Source: an uncultured archaeon
GTDB lineage: Archaea; Asgardarchaeota; Thorarchaeia; Thorarchaeales; Thorarchaeaceae
Direction of reading: 5' to 3'
DNA: 7,865 nt
Assembly (NCBI GenBank): GCA_964648855.1
Contig: CAZYLT010000045.1
Span: 1-7,865 of the forward strand
Notes under the pieces: model-generated
Told to the model about the DNA's origin: nothing
Databases searched by the model: none
The model's input: only the letters and a program-made list of their open reading frames with translations
Program-made: the position numbers and the translations under genes
In this document: in pieces, positions 7,806 to 7,865 of the stretch
Position numbering within the stretch: position 1 is the stretch's first letter
Layout: each line of letters opens with the position of its first letter

Positions 7806-7826
7806 AGTATTGAGTCTGACGGGGGC

Positions 7827-7833
7827 TATTTAA
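7827..7833 (-). promoter_or_regulatory. TATA box driving the structured RNA
   Basis: TTAAATA (7833-7827) is the clearest TATA-like AT run in this GC-rich stretch. G7805 lies 28 nt from its first T, the usual archaeal spacing, and coincides with the start of the structured region. Confidence 0.55.
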
Positions 7834-7865
7834 GCTGCCACAAAACTCGCGGTGAGCACAGCTAG

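Larger units (their letters stand above)
7423..7865 (-). mobile_element. Possible non-autonomous IS200/IS605-derived element (right end at ~7423; left boundary unknown, may lie outside the window)
   Basis: AAAGCCCCTGC...GCAGGGG stem followed by a short tail (ACGGGTGGAACAC) resembles IS200/IS605 subterminal hairpin architecture. Sharp GC step and interrupted host ORF at the same point. No transposase or RuvC motifs are visible in the window. Confidence 0.4.

Noticed and set aside
7397-7813. 138-aa plus-strand ORF, and the 7598-7798 and 7291-7506 minus-strand ORFs
   Set aside because: Pro/Ser/Arg-rich shadow frames expected in a GC-rich structured region. No recognisable domain, and the promoter and G-U pairing point to a minus-strand RNA.
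7833-7863. Weak inverted repeat AGCTG…CAGCT as a possible element left-end hairpin
   Set aside because: Short, imperfect and at the window edge. It cannot be evaluated without flanking sequence.

Overview
Archaeal chromosomal window. TATA boxes, GGTGA/GAGGTG ribosome-binding sites, an archaeal-type PEPCK and a tungsten AOR-family enzyme point to Archaea; an Asgard (Thorarchaeia-like) origin is my inference only. It encodes a membrane-anchored surface glycoprotein (156-1511 +), a RimJ/RimL-type GNAT (1600-2214 -), GTP-dependent PEP carboxykinase (2556-4415 -) divergent from an aldehyde:ferredoxin oxidoreductase-family gene (4680-6863 +), and a HEAT-repeat-like ORF with no clear 5' end (6963-~7422 -). 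The standout is a ~380-nt GC-rich island (~7423-7805; ~62% GC by hand count versus ~40% in the adjacent 100 nt). On the minus strand it folds into a dense structured RNA with a canonical kink-turn, a K-loop, a C(UUCG)G hairpin, G-U-rich stems and long-range pairings, and it has its own TATA box. Its 3' end resembles an IS200/IS605 right end abutting host sequence. My best hypothesis is a stand-alone TnpB-type guide (omega/re) RNA with no tnpB gene attached in this window, whose guide comes from the disrupted neighbouring gene. The RNA structure is visible in the sequence; the TnpB assignment is inference and needs searches.
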